From: Cyanobacteria bacterium REEB446
GTDB taxonomy: Bacteria > Cyanobacteriota > Vampirovibrionia > LMEP-6097
DNA length: 64,000 nucleotides
Direction: 5' to 3'
Assembly: GCA_018970325.1 (NCBI GenBank)
Contig: JAGWWP010000001.1
Location: forward strand, 7,889-71,888
This document shows positions 30,801 to 41,683 of the stretch, piece after piece (the stretch's first letter is position 1; every line of letters begins with the position of its first letter). The translations under genes and the position numbers were made by a program. The notes under the pieces are model-generated. The model was not told the DNA's origin and did not search any database. It saw only the letters and a list, made by a program, of their open reading frames with translations.

Positions 30801-31044
30801 AATAGATGAAGGACTCACTTGGTCTCAGACACAAACTTTAATAGATTTACTTGAAGACCCTGCGGGAGCAGCTCACGCCCCTAGTGGGGTAGTAGATCCA
30901 CAGCGTGCAAGAAAGCATGAGCTTTTAAAGGAAGCATTAGCATTTGGTGAGCTTCCTAACACTGTTAGTTTAGATTATCAGCCTCTTAATTATGCTGCAC
31001 TGATGACTCTTTTAAGCTCTGTTAAAGCAGATGGTTCTATTTAA
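27808..31044 (+). CDS. large hypothetical protein (1078 aa) with internal ~200-aa duplication
   Basis: [31 protein letters not shown]... (aa ~164) and [31 protein letters not shown]... (aa ~614) are ~75% identical over ~200 aa. Confidence 0.5.
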   Translation: MVWLMEINNTRAQTVEYLKLYQDLLSRFAVDDRKIGSTEQAVISFIDVNGNSVLDTTEQANLNSFNLKLDQIITNSATYLDSRGQFANNIDLDGLNGIDLQDKTIFDRIISISENVYEKMEKYLMGSLQTGKVFILDTSFNEYDMAQLLDATKNSRENYLYPIAWSNDASRVAKMAASVPPLSAVAFRELFNGNQALSPPVIGLFDEGLTLSQAEKVLSLIDSGITQSDRLRFYAKILDSGVPISTLTIRAFNTLCNKAEFAGVSVSPTAEIKTAGGGINVTSFTGGSGTSGDTAGDHLNHLMNILLKSGNPDPDIASQQSRYLEGSLQAGEVSITEKPLTYTNLMELNDVVGNTVEFNKLYIDPWIEDRAGKFTVPSITEAEFKVLFEDLFDRNWNLTQAQKLLDLFDQGIKKKDTLEFYAKMIEEDNSLSARTIFLLEDYRNSLGVDFKIKAGGELIGTKTETDLGGGLYKTEYKYPNPVFEADIPAGATATDIENYKKKAFQLNQLGETLFKKIAPKGLTESSKDYASRLKATEDAMQQPSHLLEGMLSDRQSKLMISGKNFSYENVMDLVLAAGDLGAESFSFNGTLPTNTMSVTYYKDTQATNKLYAEGWSNDASRVTKMAASVPPLSVVAFQELFNGNRGLGVTGLFDEGLGLDQANKVLDLIDSGITDVNRLKFYGRLLDSGVLISTLTIKAFDNLWKKAEFAGVNVSPLGQIKGPSGINVTAFSGGSGPAGNTPGDHLNHLMNILLKAGDPDPSIASQQSRYLQGSLQAGEVAITGKPLTYTNLMEVNDAISDSETFDKLRIQYWTKGLSAQQLGNRNRQDINRVFNRLYEQSNYNTIQEFQRLLDETGIYDPSGLNYYKDLMEAMERNKAFTLSLATFDNAIASSRELDTYIDLNTANTRPTAARQIDEVWTQPLPTPLINSSHSNYTAHRGAFIDLINATGSIAKTQAYFVSDIYGSLTNKDDILTYKDAYITGGASAHTLSELQKFRIDEGLTWSQTQTLIDLLEDPAGAAHAPSGVVDPQRARKHELLKEALAFGELPNTVSLDYQPLNYAALMTLLSSVKADGSI
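28297..28900 (+). repeat. intragenic repeat copy A (~600 nt)
   Basis: ~88% nt identity to 29647-30250, offset exactly 1350 nt (in frame). Confidence 0.7.
29647..30250 (+). repeat. intragenic repeat copy B (~600 nt)
   Basis: See copy A. Confidence 0.7.
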
Positions 31045-32290
31045 GCTTCAAAAACTCAGGTAGATCTACTGGATCACGATAAGTTTTCTCACGAGCTTTG
31101 GCTTCAGGAGTTTTAGTTATAGAGCCACTAGAAGTAATAGGAGTCTTGATAGTAGATTTGTTATTATACGCACTCTTATTATTTGAGAAGAACAGATTAT
31201 TAGGATTACCTGTTGATGCAGAATTATTAGTGCTATTACCAAAAGTACTACCGATTAGAGATGAGAAAGAAGATTTACTTTCTTTAGGATTGTGAGATGC
31301 TGCACTAGAAAAGCCTCTAGCCATCTCAGTCTCTTGTGCTGCAAAACCAGTCGCTATAACAGTGATCTGAATTTCACCCTGCATTCTTTCATCAATTACC
31401 GCACCGATAATAATATTCGCATCTTCGCTAACTTCGTCATAGATAGACTCAGCAGCTTCATTAACTTCGTGAAGTGTAAGATCAGCACCACCAGTAACAT
31501 TGAAAATGATTCCTGTAGCACCTTTAATAGTGTTTTCCAGAAGAGGTGAATTAATCGCTTGGCGAGCGGCTTGTATAGCTCTACCTTCACCAGAAGATTT
31601 ACCCATACCCATAATCGCATTACCAGCAGCTAGCATAACGCTTCTTACGTCAGCGAAATCTACGTTAATAAGACCAGGAACAGTGATGATATCACTGATA
31701 CCTTGTACACCTTGAAGTAAAACATTATCAGCTAAAGAGAAAGCAGCCGACATACTAGTCTGTCTTTCAGTGATGTCTAGAAGTTTATCGTTAGGTATAA
31801 CAATAAGAGCATCTACTTTACCTTTAAGTTCAGTAATACCTTCTTGAGCTAATCTGATTCTTTTTCTACCTTCGAAGCTAAATGGCTTAGTTACTACACC
31901 TACAGTGAGTATGCCCATTTCTTTAGCTACGTCAGCGATAACACAAGAGCTACCAGTACCAGTTCCACCGCCCATTCCAGCAGTGATGAAAATCATGTCA
32001 GCATCGGCTAAGGCATTCCTAATTTCTTCTTTACTTTCTTCAGCAGCGCCACGGCCAGTTTCAGGATTACCACCTGCACCTAAACCTCTAGTTAATTTAG
32101 AGCCTAATTGGATTTGGTTAGCTGTCTGAGAATTTTTTAGGGCCTGAGTATCAGTGTTAGCCACCCAGAACTCTACAGAATTTAAGCCAGAGCGAATCAT
32201 GCCATTGATCGCATTACAGCCCGCTCCACCAGTTCCAAAAACTTTAATTTTCGCACCAGATTGGTTATTATCAAAATCAGAAAAACTCAT
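31037..32290 (-). CDS. ftsZ: cell division GTPase FtsZ
   Basis: [13 protein letters not shown] tubulin signature, T7 loop region, disordered C-terminal tail. Confidence 0.9.
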   Translation of the reverse strand: MSFSDFDNNQSGAKIKVFGTGGAGCNAINGMIRSGLNSVEFWVANTDTQALKNSQTANQIQLGSKLTRGLGAGGNPETGRGAAEESKEEIRNALADADMIFITAGMGGGTGTGSSCVIADVAKEMGILTVGVVTKPFSFEGRKRIRLAQEGITELKGKVDALIVIPNDKLLDITERQTSMSAAFSLADNVLLQGVQGISDIITVPGLINVDFADVRSVMLAAGNAIMGMGKSSGEGRAIQAARQAINSPLLENTIKGATGIIFNVTGGADLTLHEVNEAAESIYDEVSEDANIIIGAVIDERMQGEIQITVIATGFAAQETEMARGFSSAASHNPKESKSSFSSLIGSTFGNSTNNSASTGNPNNLFFSNNKSAYNNKSTIKTPITSSGSITKTPEAKAREKTYRDPVDLPEFLKLK

Positions 32291-32335
32291 ATAGTTTAGA
32301 TACTAAAGCCATATGAGAAAGCCGTCAAGAGAATT

Positions 32336-33886
32336 TCAAAAATTTTTGAATCCCTTAACCTGAGGTTTTTGCCCCTTCTTATTTATAGTCAACGTTTTCT
32401 TATGACTGTTATTAGGGCTAATTTGTTCCATAATTTTTTTCTGTTTTTTAGAAAGTCCTAAATTCTGCATTAAAGCTAGGGGATCTAAGGAAGCAGGAGC
32501 GGTTTCTGGGGATTTAAACATGGAAAGCATAGGACCCATGGTTTTAAACATCTGGCTCATTTTATTAAACTCTGAAACCATTTGATCTATATGTTTAGAA
32601 TCTAAACCAGAGCCTTTAGCTATACGCTGCTTACGCGAACGTGAAGATGCATCAGTGTAGAGTAGCTGAGGATTTAGTTTTTCCTGTTTAGTCATACTGT
32701 TTATGGCAGCTTTAAATTTAGTAATTTTTCTAGAACTTTCCTGAATAAGATTTTCTTGCTGTAAAGAAGATAAACCCATCTGCTTCATCATCGAACCCAT
32801 GCCCATCATCTTCGCGATAGAACCCATGTCGCCTAGCTTAGACATCATATTCTGAGCGCTAATAAAGGTTTCATAATTAAAGTTACCTTTCATAAGTTCA
32901 GCTTCTAATCGCTGAGACTCTTCTTCCTCGAATCGTTTATGCGCGCGCTCTACCAAAGATAAAACATCACCCATGCCTAGGATACGGCTCGCTATTCTGT
33001 GTGGGTGAAAGTTTTCTAAGTCCTCAAGCTTCTCACCTACTGAGGCTAATTTAATAGGTTTTTTAATCGCTTCAGCGATAGAAAGCGCAGAACCGCCCCT
33101 GGTATCACTATCTAACTTACTTAAAGCGACAGCAGTAACGCCTATCTGCATATCGAAGGCTTGAGCCACATTTGCAGACTCTTGACCGATTAGAGAGTCT
33201 ATTACTAAAAGCTTTTCACTGGGCTTAATTTTCTTTTCGAAGACTAATAGTTGAGCCATTAGGTCTGTGTCTATCTGCAAGCGACCAGCAGTGTCATAGA
33301 TTACTACATCGTATTTATTTTCATTAATCTGCTTTTCAGCTAGGCTAGCCACTTCCATTAAGTTCTGTGTCGCAGGTATTTCTAAAAAGTCTACCCCAGC
33401 AGATTCTGCGAGAATAGATAACTGCTTTATCGCAGCTGGTCTCTGTAAGTCACAAGGGACTAAAAGAATTTTCAAGCCCTGAGCTTTTAGATTGTAAGCC
33501 AGTTTCCCTGCTAGAGTAGTTTTACCAGAACCTTGCAGTCCGAGTAACATTATAGAATTTACAGAACCCTTTTTAATATTAAGATTTAGTTCTGTACTTA
33601 ACTCTTGCTCTTGATTAGGATCGCCGCCGAGTATCTCTATCAGTGCGTCATTGATGATTTTAACTACTTGCTCGCCTGGTTTAATTCCCCTAAGCACTTT
33701 TTCACCATAGGCTTCTTTTTCTACTCTGTCTATAAAAACTTTTACAGCATTGAGACTTACGTCAGCTGACAGTAAAGCTTTTCTGATATCCTGAATAGCA
33801 GATTCAATATTCGCTTCACTGATCTTGCTTTGACCCGTTAAAAACTGTATACTATCTTGTAATTTCTCTGTTAATTGATCGAACAT
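32336..33886 (-). CDS. ffh: signal recognition particle protein Ffh
   Basis: N domain, G domain LLGLQGSGKTTLAGKLA / DTAGR, Met-rich C-terminal M domain. Confidence 0.9.
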   Translation of the reverse strand: MFDQLTEKLQDSIQFLTGQSKISEANIESAIQDIRKALLSADVSLNAVKVFIDRVEKEAYGEKVLRGIKPGEQVVKIINDALIEILGGDPNQEQELSTELNLNIKKGSVNSIMLLGLQGSGKTTLAGKLAYNLKAQGLKILLVPCDLQRPAAIKQLSILAESAGVDFLEIPATQNLMEVASLAEKQINENKYDVVIYDTAGRLQIDTDLMAQLLVFEKKIKPSEKLLVIDSLIGQESANVAQAFDMQIGVTAVALSKLDSDTRGGSALSIAEAIKKPIKLASVGEKLEDLENFHPHRIASRILGMGDVLSLVERAHKRFEEEESQRLEAELMKGNFNYETFISAQNMMSKLGDMGSIAKMMGMGSMMKQMGLSSLQQENLIQESSRKITKFKAAINSMTKQEKLNPQLLYTDASSRSRKQRIAKGSGLDSKHIDQMVSEFNKMSQMFKTMGPMLSMFKSPETAPASLDPLALMQNLGLSKKQKKIMEQISPNNSHKKTLTINKKGQKPQVKGFKNF

Positions 33887-33906
33887 TGGATTTTAAATTT
33901 TAGCAA

Positions 33907-34161
33907 ATGCGCATCACCTTGATTTTAGTAGTCTTATTCACCTTACCCTTGGTAAATAGTTTTTTCGTGAATACGATTACACTCGTGAAAAATATTAGTG
34001 AGTATGTCTATTTAAGGCAGAAGAAGCAGGATTTAATCTGTAAAAAGCAGGATCTTTCTGAAAGGATAAAGACTTTTAATTCTAGTGCGAGTATTAAGAG
34101 GACTATTAAAGAGAGGATTAAGTTAATAGAGGCTAATGAGATTCTTTTGAAGTTGGGTTAG
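33907..34161 (+). CDS. small TM + coiled-coil protein, possibly FtsB/DivIC-like
   Basis: N-terminal TM helix then heptad-like region; weak. Confidence 0.25.
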   Translation: MRITLILVVLFTLPLVNSFFVNTITLVKNISEYVYLRQKKQDLICKKQDLSERIKTFNSSASIKRTIKERIKLIEANEILLKLG

Positions 34162-34202
34162 GAAAGTCTCCTACCAAGTAATTTCAAAGCTATACTTTAA
34201 AT

Positions 34203-35429
34203 ATGTCTGCTATCTTAAAGCGAGATTTAGAAAAAACGGTAAAAGAATTACTTCAGGATTTTCCGTGTGTAGTACTTTTAGGAGCTAGACAGGTAGGTAA
34301 ATCTACCCTCTTAAAGAAGGTATTGCCAAATGCTGAATTTGTTGATTTAGAGAGAAAAGATACCCTTGAGATGTTGAGCGCTGAGCCAGAATTGTTTTTA
34401 CGAGAAGCTTCTTTGCCTTTGATTATTGATGAAGCTCAATTCTGCCCAGAACTCTTTCCAGCTCTAAGGGTTAAGATAGATGAAGATAGAAAAAAACATG
34501 GACGTTTTTTAATTAGTGGCTCTAGTTCACCGCAGCTTCTTAAAAATATTAGCGAATCACTAGCTGGCAGGGTGGCTATTTTAGAAGTGCCAACTTTAAC
34601 TTGGTCTGAGGCTTTTGAGCTTCGCTCATCTAAATTTTATGATTACTTAGATAAACCTGAAAAATTTATAAATTTAAAAGCACTTTATAAGCTAGAAAAG
34701 CTTCAGGAGTTAGCTTTGTTTGGCCTGTATCCAGAGGCTTTTTTGAAAAGAAAAAAATTAGCATCTTACGATACTTGGGTTAGATCATATTTTGATACTT
34801 ACATAGAAAGAGATATCCGCACTTTATTTCCTAATTTAAAGTTAGACAGTTACAGAAGGTTCATTAAAATGCTGGCTTTCTCTTCTGGTGAGCTTTTAAA
34901 TGCTTCTAGCTTCGCTCGTTCTTTAGATATTTCTCAACCTTCTGTGAAAAATTATATGGAAATAGCAGAAGGGACTTTTCTTTGGCGGCGTTTAGACTGT
35001 TATCGTGAAAATGCAAAAAAACGTCTGGTGCAAATGCCTAAAGGGCATTTAAGAGATAATGTGATTTTAAATTATCTTCTGAATATCAATACTGTAGATG
35101 ATTTGAAGTCTCACCCACAGTTTGGAAGGATTTGGGAAGCTTTTATTATAGAGCAGATTATTAAAAATCTCGATCAGAGACTATATAAACATAAAGAATT
35201 TTTTTATAGAACCCATAATCAGGCTGAGATTGATTTAATAGTTCAGGGACGCTTCGGCTTAATACCTATAGAAATTAAATCTGGATTAAGCGTAAAGAGG
35301 GAGCAGTTAATAGCGATGAAGAACTTTATAGAAGAACATAACTGCCCTTATGGAATACTGATTAATAGTGCAGAAAAGGTTTTAAAGTTATCAGAAAAAA
35401 TATATCAAGTGCCAGTGAGTTTTATTTAA
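34203..35429 (+). CDS. AAA+ superfamily ATPase, DUF4143/COG1373 type
   Basis: Walker A GARQVGKSTL, Walker B IIDEAQ, paralog of 16565-17683. Confidence 0.75.
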   Translation: MSAILKRDLEKTVKELLQDFPCVVLLGARQVGKSTLLKKVLPNAEFVDLERKDTLEMLSAEPELFLREASLPLIIDEAQFCPELFPALRVKIDEDRKKHGRFLISGSSSPQLLKNISESLAGRVAILEVPTLTWSEAFELRSSKFYDYLDKPEKFINLKALYKLEKLQELALFGLYPEAFLKRKKLASYDTWVRSYFDTYIERDIRTLFPNLKLDSYRRFIKMLAFSSGELLNASSFARSLDISQPSVKNYMEIAEGTFLWRRLDCYRENAKKRLVQMPKGHLRDNVILNYLLNINTVDDLKSHPQFGRIWEAFIIEQIIKNLDQRLYKHKEFFYRTHNQAEIDLIVQGRFGLIPIEIKSGLSVKREQLIAMKNFIEEHNCPYGILINSAEKVLKLSEKIYQVPVSFI

Positions 35430-35747
35430 GGTAATGATAGAGAGCTTATTTACTTCTAGAACAAGAAACTCCCTTAGGAACATAGTTTCACCTCGCTATA
35501 TGGATCATGTATTCTCTCAGCTAAAAATTTATTATCAAGAGAAAGGCTCTCCGTTGAAGAGTTTTTTAGCGGACGATCAATAATTTTCTTGAAGTTGCTT
35601 TCCCCTTCTCCAAGGAGTATTTAAGTCTCACCCCCCAAGTCAAGCGTTTATTAAGTAGTCTAAGCAAAGAAATGACGAGAATACAGATTCAAGACGGCCT
35701 TGGATTAAAAGATAAAAAGAGTTTTGGGGGATTTATAAGATTCTTTA

Positions 35748-36826
35748 TTATTCATCTAAAGCCTCAATGCAAGAAAGCATTTGCCGAGGATTAGTGATAT
35801 AAGTATCTTGGCGTTTTTGCTCATCATTAGCAGCGTAAACTAATATCTTTCCATATTTTAAATCGGGGAAGGTTTTTTCAAAGTAATCTAAATTTTTTAA
35901 AAAATCCTTCGTAAAGGTTTCAGCAGATTTGATCTCTATAGGTAAATAACAGTTCCCGATATTATAAATGATATCAATCTCTTTCTGTGAGCCATCTCTA
36001 TAAAAACAAAGATTGTTTTTTTTGCCATTATTATAGCGGTGCTTAATCAATTCATTTATAACTAAATTTTCAAAAAGATTCCCTCTCAAAGGATGACTGT
36101 GAAGGTGTTTCTCTTTCTCTATATCTAATAAATAAGCTGCAAGGCCTGTATCGTAAAAATAGATCTTCGGTGATTTAATAAGCTGTTTTTTAATATTAGT
36201 AAAAAATGGTGGTAGCAGATAAATAATATAGCTAGCCTCTAATATACTGATCCACTCTCTAATAGTGTTGTGTGATACGCCTAGATCGTCTCCGAGGTTT
36301 TGATAGTTAAGAATCTGCCCGACTCGTCCAGCACAGAGTTTCAAAAATTTCTGGAATAAATGTAAATTTTTTAATTCGCTAATCTCTCTTACATCCCTCT
36401 CTACATAGGTTTTTATATAATCTCTCATGAAAGCCTCTACTGGAATGTCCTCCTCGTATAATTTAGGATAACTACCCTTAAAGATAAGCTCATCATAAGA
36501 AGGAGGTTCTTTATAATAACTACTAATTTCTTTTAGGCTGTATGGAAGTAAACTAATAATCGCGGTTCTGCCTGCTAAAGACTGGTTTATGGAGTCTAAA
36601 AGATTAAATTGCTGTGACCCTGTCAGGATAAACATTTCTTTGACTTTTTTTTCGTCGACTATTGCTTGAATATATGAAAGTAAAATTGGCACTCTTTGAA
36701 TTTCATCTAAGATTGCACCATCGGGGTATTGGTTTAAAAAGCTTTCTGGGTCATCCTGTGCGAAGCTTCTCGATTTAGGATGTTCTAAATTAACATAAGG
36801 CTTATTTTTAAAGATCTTTGTTAATC
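35748..36826 (-). pseudogene. N-terminally truncated DUF4143-type AAA+ ATPase (Walker A region missing)
   Basis: Open frame extends upstream of first Met to a TGA at ~36829 and encodes ...PESFLNQYPDGAILDEIQRVP... (Walker B region) but no P-loop. A short out-of-frame MLINKDL* sits at 36832. Confidence 0.45.
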
Positions 36827-36846
36827 AGCATATTTTACTTTTACCC

Positions 36847-36877
36847 AATAAATTGTAAGTAGCACTTACAATTTATT
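36847..36877. promoter_or_regulatory. perfect 14-bp-arm palindrome aataaattgtaagt-agc-acttacaatttatt
   Basis: Read directly; lies between res stop and the truncated ATPase gene. No U-run follows, so operator or non-canonical terminator. Confidence 0.35.
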
Positions 36878-36925
36878 AGATTTCTTTGTTTTATTATATA
36901 GCAGACTTTTGGAAGATTTATAAAT

Positions 36926-39418
36926 TTACCCTCCCATAATCTCCTGTAACTGACACATCTGCGAGTCTTCATGAATGATTACCCCAGTAAATCCGAAGGC
37001 TTCTATAGTCTCATCTAGAGAGGATCTCTCTTGATAGTGCTCACTTAAAAATTCTAATAATTCATGCTTATATTCAGTATCTTCATTACCTCTTAGGTGT
37101 TTACCTTTAGTTTCTATGAGGATATAGTCGAATTTATTTTTCTGCTCAAGCTGTTTTTTAATTAGAAAATCTGGATAAATACGGCGTTTCTCCCAGCCTT
37201 GTAAATAATAGTCCTGACGCTCATTTATTCTATGCCACCAAGCGGTTTTACTGAAATCATATTCGAGCTGAGTTATACAGTTTCTCTCTAATTCATTAAA
37301 CCAAATGGCGTAAAGCGGACTGAAGAGATTTTTTTTCGCGAACTTGCCATCTTTTAACGTAAATTCTTCTAATTCTTTAGGGCTGTCTAGCTCTAGCTCT
37401 CTTGGTATCTCATAATATTCTTCCTGAAGAGAGAATTCTAATTTATTTTCCTTAGACCATTTTTTGAAGAGCTTTTCAGCTTCATTGTAAATTTGTTTTT
37501 GTAAATCTAATTTAATTTCTTCTATCAAACCTAAAGCATCTCTATGTTTACTAATTAGATCTAGATGAGGTTTTAGGATATCGTAAGCTATCCATGCGTT
37601 GGGGATTAGGTCTTTAAATTTCTGTAAAATATAAATCGCCTCTAGTGGAGCCTTTTCTCTATTTAAATTTTTTTCTATCGCATCTATATCGAAAAGTTTT
37701 AAAGTCTCTGAATCACGGTCACACACTATCTTTTTAATAGTATCGAACTGATCTGAATTTTCATAAGAGCTAAGCTCTTGTCTGAGCTTGATTTTAGACC
37801 AGTCTATTTCTGGGAGTATATGTTCTATCCAGTTAAATTCAGTAGATTCACCCGATTCTAGTTTTAAAGTTATTTTTGGAAGATAAATTTTGTCTTCTTT
37901 AAAATTTTCTTTTCTTTTGATTTTTACTTTTCTCGGATTTAGATTTTTTTGGGCTTCTGGATTATTTTCATCTTGAGTTCTTAGGGAGTTTTTTATATCG
38001 CCGTAACCATGCTCTTCTAAAGACTTCTTAATTCCATCTGCAACCTTTTTAACATTACTGTTAAACATATAAACGAAGCTTTCATTTAATTCAGGATAAT
38101 CTGGAATCTGTTTAGTATAAGGCTGCCGTAGGATTCGACCTAGCATTTGAGTTAAGGCTGTTTCAGCAAGGGTAGTATCTAAATTACATAATATATAAGC
38201 GAAAGGACAGTCCCAACCTTCTGCTATGGCATATCTCGTAATAATGTATTTAATTCTACACTTATGACTACGAAGCTCTATTTTCTCCAAATCATCTTTC
38301 TCAGAGGATTTAATGGCGATTTCTTCTAAAGGTATTCCAGTCTTTAGTAAGTAGTCTTTTACATCTTCTGCATGAATGTACTTAGAGTCTCTTGTGTCTT
38401 TCCCCGTTCTTTGAACTCGAATTAGCATGATGGGGCGAATATATACATCATCTTCTGCCTGATTCATTTCTGCGAATTTATCTAACTGCCTCAGCTTTTC
38501 TAAAGATCTATCTAAGCAGGTATTCCAGTTATTTCCAGCGGTCTGGGTTACAGTTATAGGCATCTTAATCATCTGTTCTTTCCAGAGATCGAAGCCCTTA
38601 GCTTCATAGAGAATGCTAGATCTCTCTGAGGGAGTGGCACTGAGTTCTAGAATAAAAGAAGGATTAAAATTAATAATATTTTCTTTTGCTTTGTCAGTTT
38701 TCTGTCTATGAGACTCGTCTAGAATAAATAGAGGCTGTTCTATGCGTATAAGATTAGCGAGAGAGTGCTTAATAGTGGTGTTAGGGAACTGTTTATAAGT
38801 GATAACGCTTTCACTGAAGCTATCTAAGTTCGGGAAGTTTTTTTTCAGGAAAAAATTATCACCAGCTTCAGTATATTCAGGAAAATAATTCGAGTAGAGA
38901 GCTGAATCATCGTAGATCTTACGCTTATCCTTAGTCTCCTTACCGATATTAAAAGATTGTATAGTTAGAACTAAGACGCAGAGATGAGTTTCTAAGTCAT
39001 TTTTCGTAATGCGACTCTCTTTATTAAAAATCTTCAGTTTACCGAAGGCACTATTCTTAAGGCTTACATGTAAAGGATGCTGAATATCATTTAACTGCTT
39101 TAAAGTCTGTTTGTAGATAGTATCAGAAGTAGTCACCCAGATTACTAAGCCACTGTGTTTTTTATAAAAATATTCTTGGATTTTTTCTATGCAGTGTGCT
39201 GCTAGATAGGTTTTACCGCCACCTGTAGGTAATTTAAAGCAGACTTTAGGTATGGGTTTGCCGTTAATATTCCTAACATTATGATAAGGATATTTTCTTT
39301 GGACTCCTTGAAAAGAACGTTCTATATCATCATGAAATTTGTATAGATTTTCTATAAATATAGCTAAATGCTCTAAAGCTTCTCTTTGATAGGATTTTAG
39401 CTCAAAAATACTTGCCAT
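36926..39418 (-). CDS. res: Type III restriction enzyme, Res subunit (helicase-nuclease)
   Basis: Walker A LPTGGGKTYLAA, DEAH-box ILDESHRQ, C-terminal PD-ExK nuclease motif RIYPDFLIKK...YILIETKGK; immediately downstream of mod. Confidence 0.85.
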   Translation of the reverse strand: MASIFELKSYQREALEHLAIFIENLYKFHDDIERSFQGVQRKYPYHNVRNINGKPIPKVCFKLPTGGGKTYLAAHCIEKIQEYFYKKHSGLVIWVTTSDTIYKQTLKQLNDIQHPLHVSLKNSAFGKLKIFNKESRITKNDLETHLCVLVLTIQSFNIGKETKDKRKIYDDSALYSNYFPEYTEAGDNFFLKKNFPNLDSFSESVITYKQFPNTTIKHSLANLIRIEQPLFILDESHRQKTDKAKENIINFNPSFILELSATPSERSSILYEAKGFDLWKEQMIKMPITVTQTAGNNWNTCLDRSLEKLRQLDKFAEMNQAEDDVYIRPIMLIRVQRTGKDTRDSKYIHAEDVKDYLLKTGIPLEEIAIKSSEKDDLEKIELRSHKCRIKYIITRYAIAEGWDCPFAYILCNLDTTLAETALTQMLGRILRQPYTKQIPDYPELNESFVYMFNSNVKKVADGIKKSLEEHGYGDIKNSLRTQDENNPEAQKNLNPRKVKIKRKENFKEDKIYLPKITLKLESGESTEFNWIEHILPEIDWSKIKLRQELSSYENSDQFDTIKKIVCDRDSETLKLFDIDAIEKNLNREKAPLEAIYILQKFKDLIPNAWIAYDILKPHLDLISKHRDALGLIEEIKLDLQKQIYNEAEKLFKKWSKENKLEFSLQEEYYEIPRELELDSPKELEEFTLKDGKFAKKNLFSPLYAIWFNELERNCITQLEYDFSKTAWWHRINERQDYYLQGWEKRRIYPDFLIKKQLEQKNKFDYILIETKGKHLRGNEDTEYKHELLEFLSEHYQERSSLDETIEAFGFTGVIIHEDSQMCQLQEIMGG

Positions 39419-39422
39419 AAAT

Positions 39423-41195
39423 TTAATCCTCTGAATCTTCTAGGTTATTTAAGACGTTAGCGGAATTGATTTGTAAGTACTGATAAGGGATTTGGCAGAT
39501 AATAGGTTTTTTCGTATACTTCTCTTTCTCAATAAGGCTTTTAATGCTTTTATTATCCACATAAATAGTGACAGCATAAATTAGTGCCTGATAGCCATTA
39601 TCACAGTCTTTTAGAATCTGCTCTAGCTTAGAGCGGCTTAAAGCATAATCGTGGTGCTTCAGTTTCTCTTTATCAGCACTGTATATTAGATAGAGTTTAT
39701 AGTTTTCGGTTTTACCGATGTAATGTGAAGCGTTTTCTGTTACGTTACTTAAAGCTTGATTAGTAGTGTGATAAAAAAGGTAGCTAGCAAGTGCCTCATA
39801 GCTAGGTAAGTCTTTTTCTAAAAATAGAGTATTTAAATGTAAAGCTTCTCCTAACTTTACTACGGTGAAGCTGCCGCCTAGACCTTCTTTAAGCTTAGGG
39901 TCTTTAGCTGTTGCTACACCTTCTATGCAGCGACGGATTCTTGCAGTGGTGATTTCGAAAATGTTTTTGAAGCCTTGCTTGGAGGCTTCTTCTGATTCTT
40001 CAGGCTGTTGTATTAGAATAAACTTCCTGCTTCCACCATCTTCTTTATTCATTTCTAGGACAGCGTGTCCAGTGGTTCCTGAGCCTGCGAAGAAGTCTAG
40101 GATTAGAAAATCTTTATCAAAGTCAGCTAAACTATTTAACAAGTGTTTGAGTAAATAAACAGGCTTAGAATAATTAAAGACAGGCTGTTCAAATATTTCT
40201 TTTAAATTTTCAGTTGCATTCTCGTAATTAAAAGATTTTTCACTGAGTATGGATCTTATTTTTGAGATTTTATTTTCCTCAAAGTAGATTTTTTCAAATA
40301 CGTCAAATCTTTTTTCACTCTTATTCTTAACAACTCTAACAATTAATTTGTTGATTTCTTTATTTACGGTATCTTTAGACCAACGCCATCTACCATCCTC
40401 ACCGTTAGATAGTTTAGGTAATATCTCTATAGCATTATTAGATTTTCTTTCTGTTGAAATTTCTGAGTTTTGTGCATCATAAAAAATAGGGAAATATTGA
40501 TTAGGAGCGTCACTCCTCTTTGAGTCAGCTCCACGTTTTCTGAGACCCCTTTCTTCATAAGCTTTTCCTTGATTATCAGATTTGTTATAATTTTCAATAC
40601 CTTTAATAAAACCAAATGGTAAAAGATTTGTTTTTAACTTACTGAAGCAAAGAATATATTCATGCTCAGATGCCGTGTGTTTCTTGGCTTGGTTACCACG
40701 GGGATTAGATCTTACCGTGAAAGTCTCTATATAATTATCTTCATCGAAAATTTCATCAAGCATGATTTTTATATGAAAAAATTCAACATCATTAATACTA
40801 ATAAAAATGACTCCGCTTTCTGAGAGCAGTTCCCTCGCTAATACCAAGCGTGGATACATCATACAAAGCCACTTATCATGCCTTTGTAGATCTTCTTTAC
40901 CGACCACGTTTCCAAGCCAGCTCTTTATCTGAGGGCTATTTAGATTATCGTTATAAACCCAATTCTCATTTCCAGTATTATATGGCGGGTCTATATAGAT
41001 GACATCAACTTTAGAAGCGAATTTGGGGATTAGAGATTTTAAAACTTCTATATTATCACCTTCGATAATCAAATTATCATCTAGACTGGGTTCTGGACTT
41101 AAGCTATCCTGCTGATCTATCTTCAGCTCCCTAACTGCTAGTGAGTGATGATAATTTATTACAGCGTCTTTTCCTTCCCAGATTAGTTCAGGCAT
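39423..41195 (-). CDS. mod: Type III R-M DNA methyltransferase, Mod subunit (beta-class N6A/N4C MTase)
   Basis: Motif [14 protein letters not shown] precedes motif [12 protein letters not shown] (beta-class order); mod-res gene order. Confidence 0.85.
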   Translation of the reverse strand: MPELIWEGKDAVINYHHSLAVRELKIDQQDSLSPEPSLDDNLIIEGDNIEVLKSLIPKFASKVDVIYIDPPYNTGNENWVYNDNLNSPQIKSWLGNVVGKEDLQRHDKWLCMMYPRLVLARELLSESGVIFISINDVEFFHIKIMLDEIFDEDNYIETFTVRSNPRGNQAKKHTASEHEYILCFSKLKTNLLPFGFIKGIENYNKSDNQGKAYEERGLRKRGADSKRSDAPNQYFPIFYDAQNSEISTERKSNNAIEILPKLSNGEDGRWRWSKDTVNKEINKLIVRVVKNKSEKRFDVFEKIYFEENKISKIRSILSEKSFNYENATENLKEIFEQPVFNYSKPVYLLKHLLNSLADFDKDFLILDFFAGSGTTGHAVLEMNKEDGGSRKFILIQQPEESEEASKQGFKNIFEITTARIRRCIEGVATAKDPKLKEGLGGSFTVVKLGEALHLNTLFLEKDLPSYEALASYLFYHTTNQALSNVTENASHYIGKTENYKLYLIYSADKEKLKHHDYALSRSKLEQILKDCDNGYQALIYAVTIYVDNKSIKSLIEKEKYTKKPIICQIPYQYLQINSANVLNNLEDSED

Positions 41196-41289
41196 GATTT
41201 TCTCCCACGAATATGTAAGAGCCTAGGATTATGTCCTAGACTATGGTTTAGTTAATGATTACTTTAGTGAAAATACTAAAGTTTAAGGA

Positions 41290-41530
41290 AAGCTATTTAA
41301 TTTTTTATATCATTAAATAGCCGGGAGTTGATAAATCGCTACAGGACGACTACTGCAATCTTTAAGCCCGAAGGCTTTGGACATGCATTACAGTCTCCCG
41401 GCTTTTTTAAAACCGAGAGATATCGTTTTGACAGTCGGATATCTCTATCGACTGCCTGTAGTGAGGCTATCAAACCCCAAGGCTCTTTCCTTAAAAAGAA
41501 CCTCGTTATGAATTATAAACTAAGTTGAGC
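41290..41530. repeat. conserved ~240-bp structured element, copy 1 (candidate ncRNA / regulatory module)
   Basis: ~90% identical to 53822-54060 in the same orientation. GC hairpin agccgggag(41329-41337)...ctcccggc(41395-41402) followed by TTTTTT. Compensatory pairs between copies: ctacagg/cctgtag vs ttacaag/cttgtaa. Confidence 0.7.
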
Positions 41531-41683
41531 TGTTAGCTAAAAAGTTTATTGAACTAGAATCAATGAACGCCTCTTATATATTCGATTTGATAGGCTATGA
41601 ATTAGTATCAGCTGATCTTGAGTAAATCTTCACAGAAAACCTGAGCCATACAAAAGCTGAAGAGCAGTATAATTACAAAAAGA

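Noticed and set aside
31098-32129. Several plus-strand small ORFs overlapping ftsZ
   Set aside because: They are nested within the strongly supported ftsZ CDS on the opposite strand
41328-41528. 66-aa ORF (and 54042-54230, 62 aa) predicted inside the repeat element copies
   Set aside because: The ORFs coincide with the repeated, hairpin-rich element. Substitutions between copies conserve base-pairing rather than codons, and the two copies do not share a reading frame. They are likely spurious
41290-41530. Considered whether the conserved structured element is tmRNA, SRP (4.5S) RNA, RNase P RNA or a tRNA
   Set aside because: It lacks the tRNA-like 5'/3' ends and ALAA-type tag reading frame of tmRNA, the SRP domain IV motif, the RNase P conserved regions and any cloverleaf/T-loop GTTCRA motif. 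It is also present in two diverged copies, which is atypical for those single-copy RNAs
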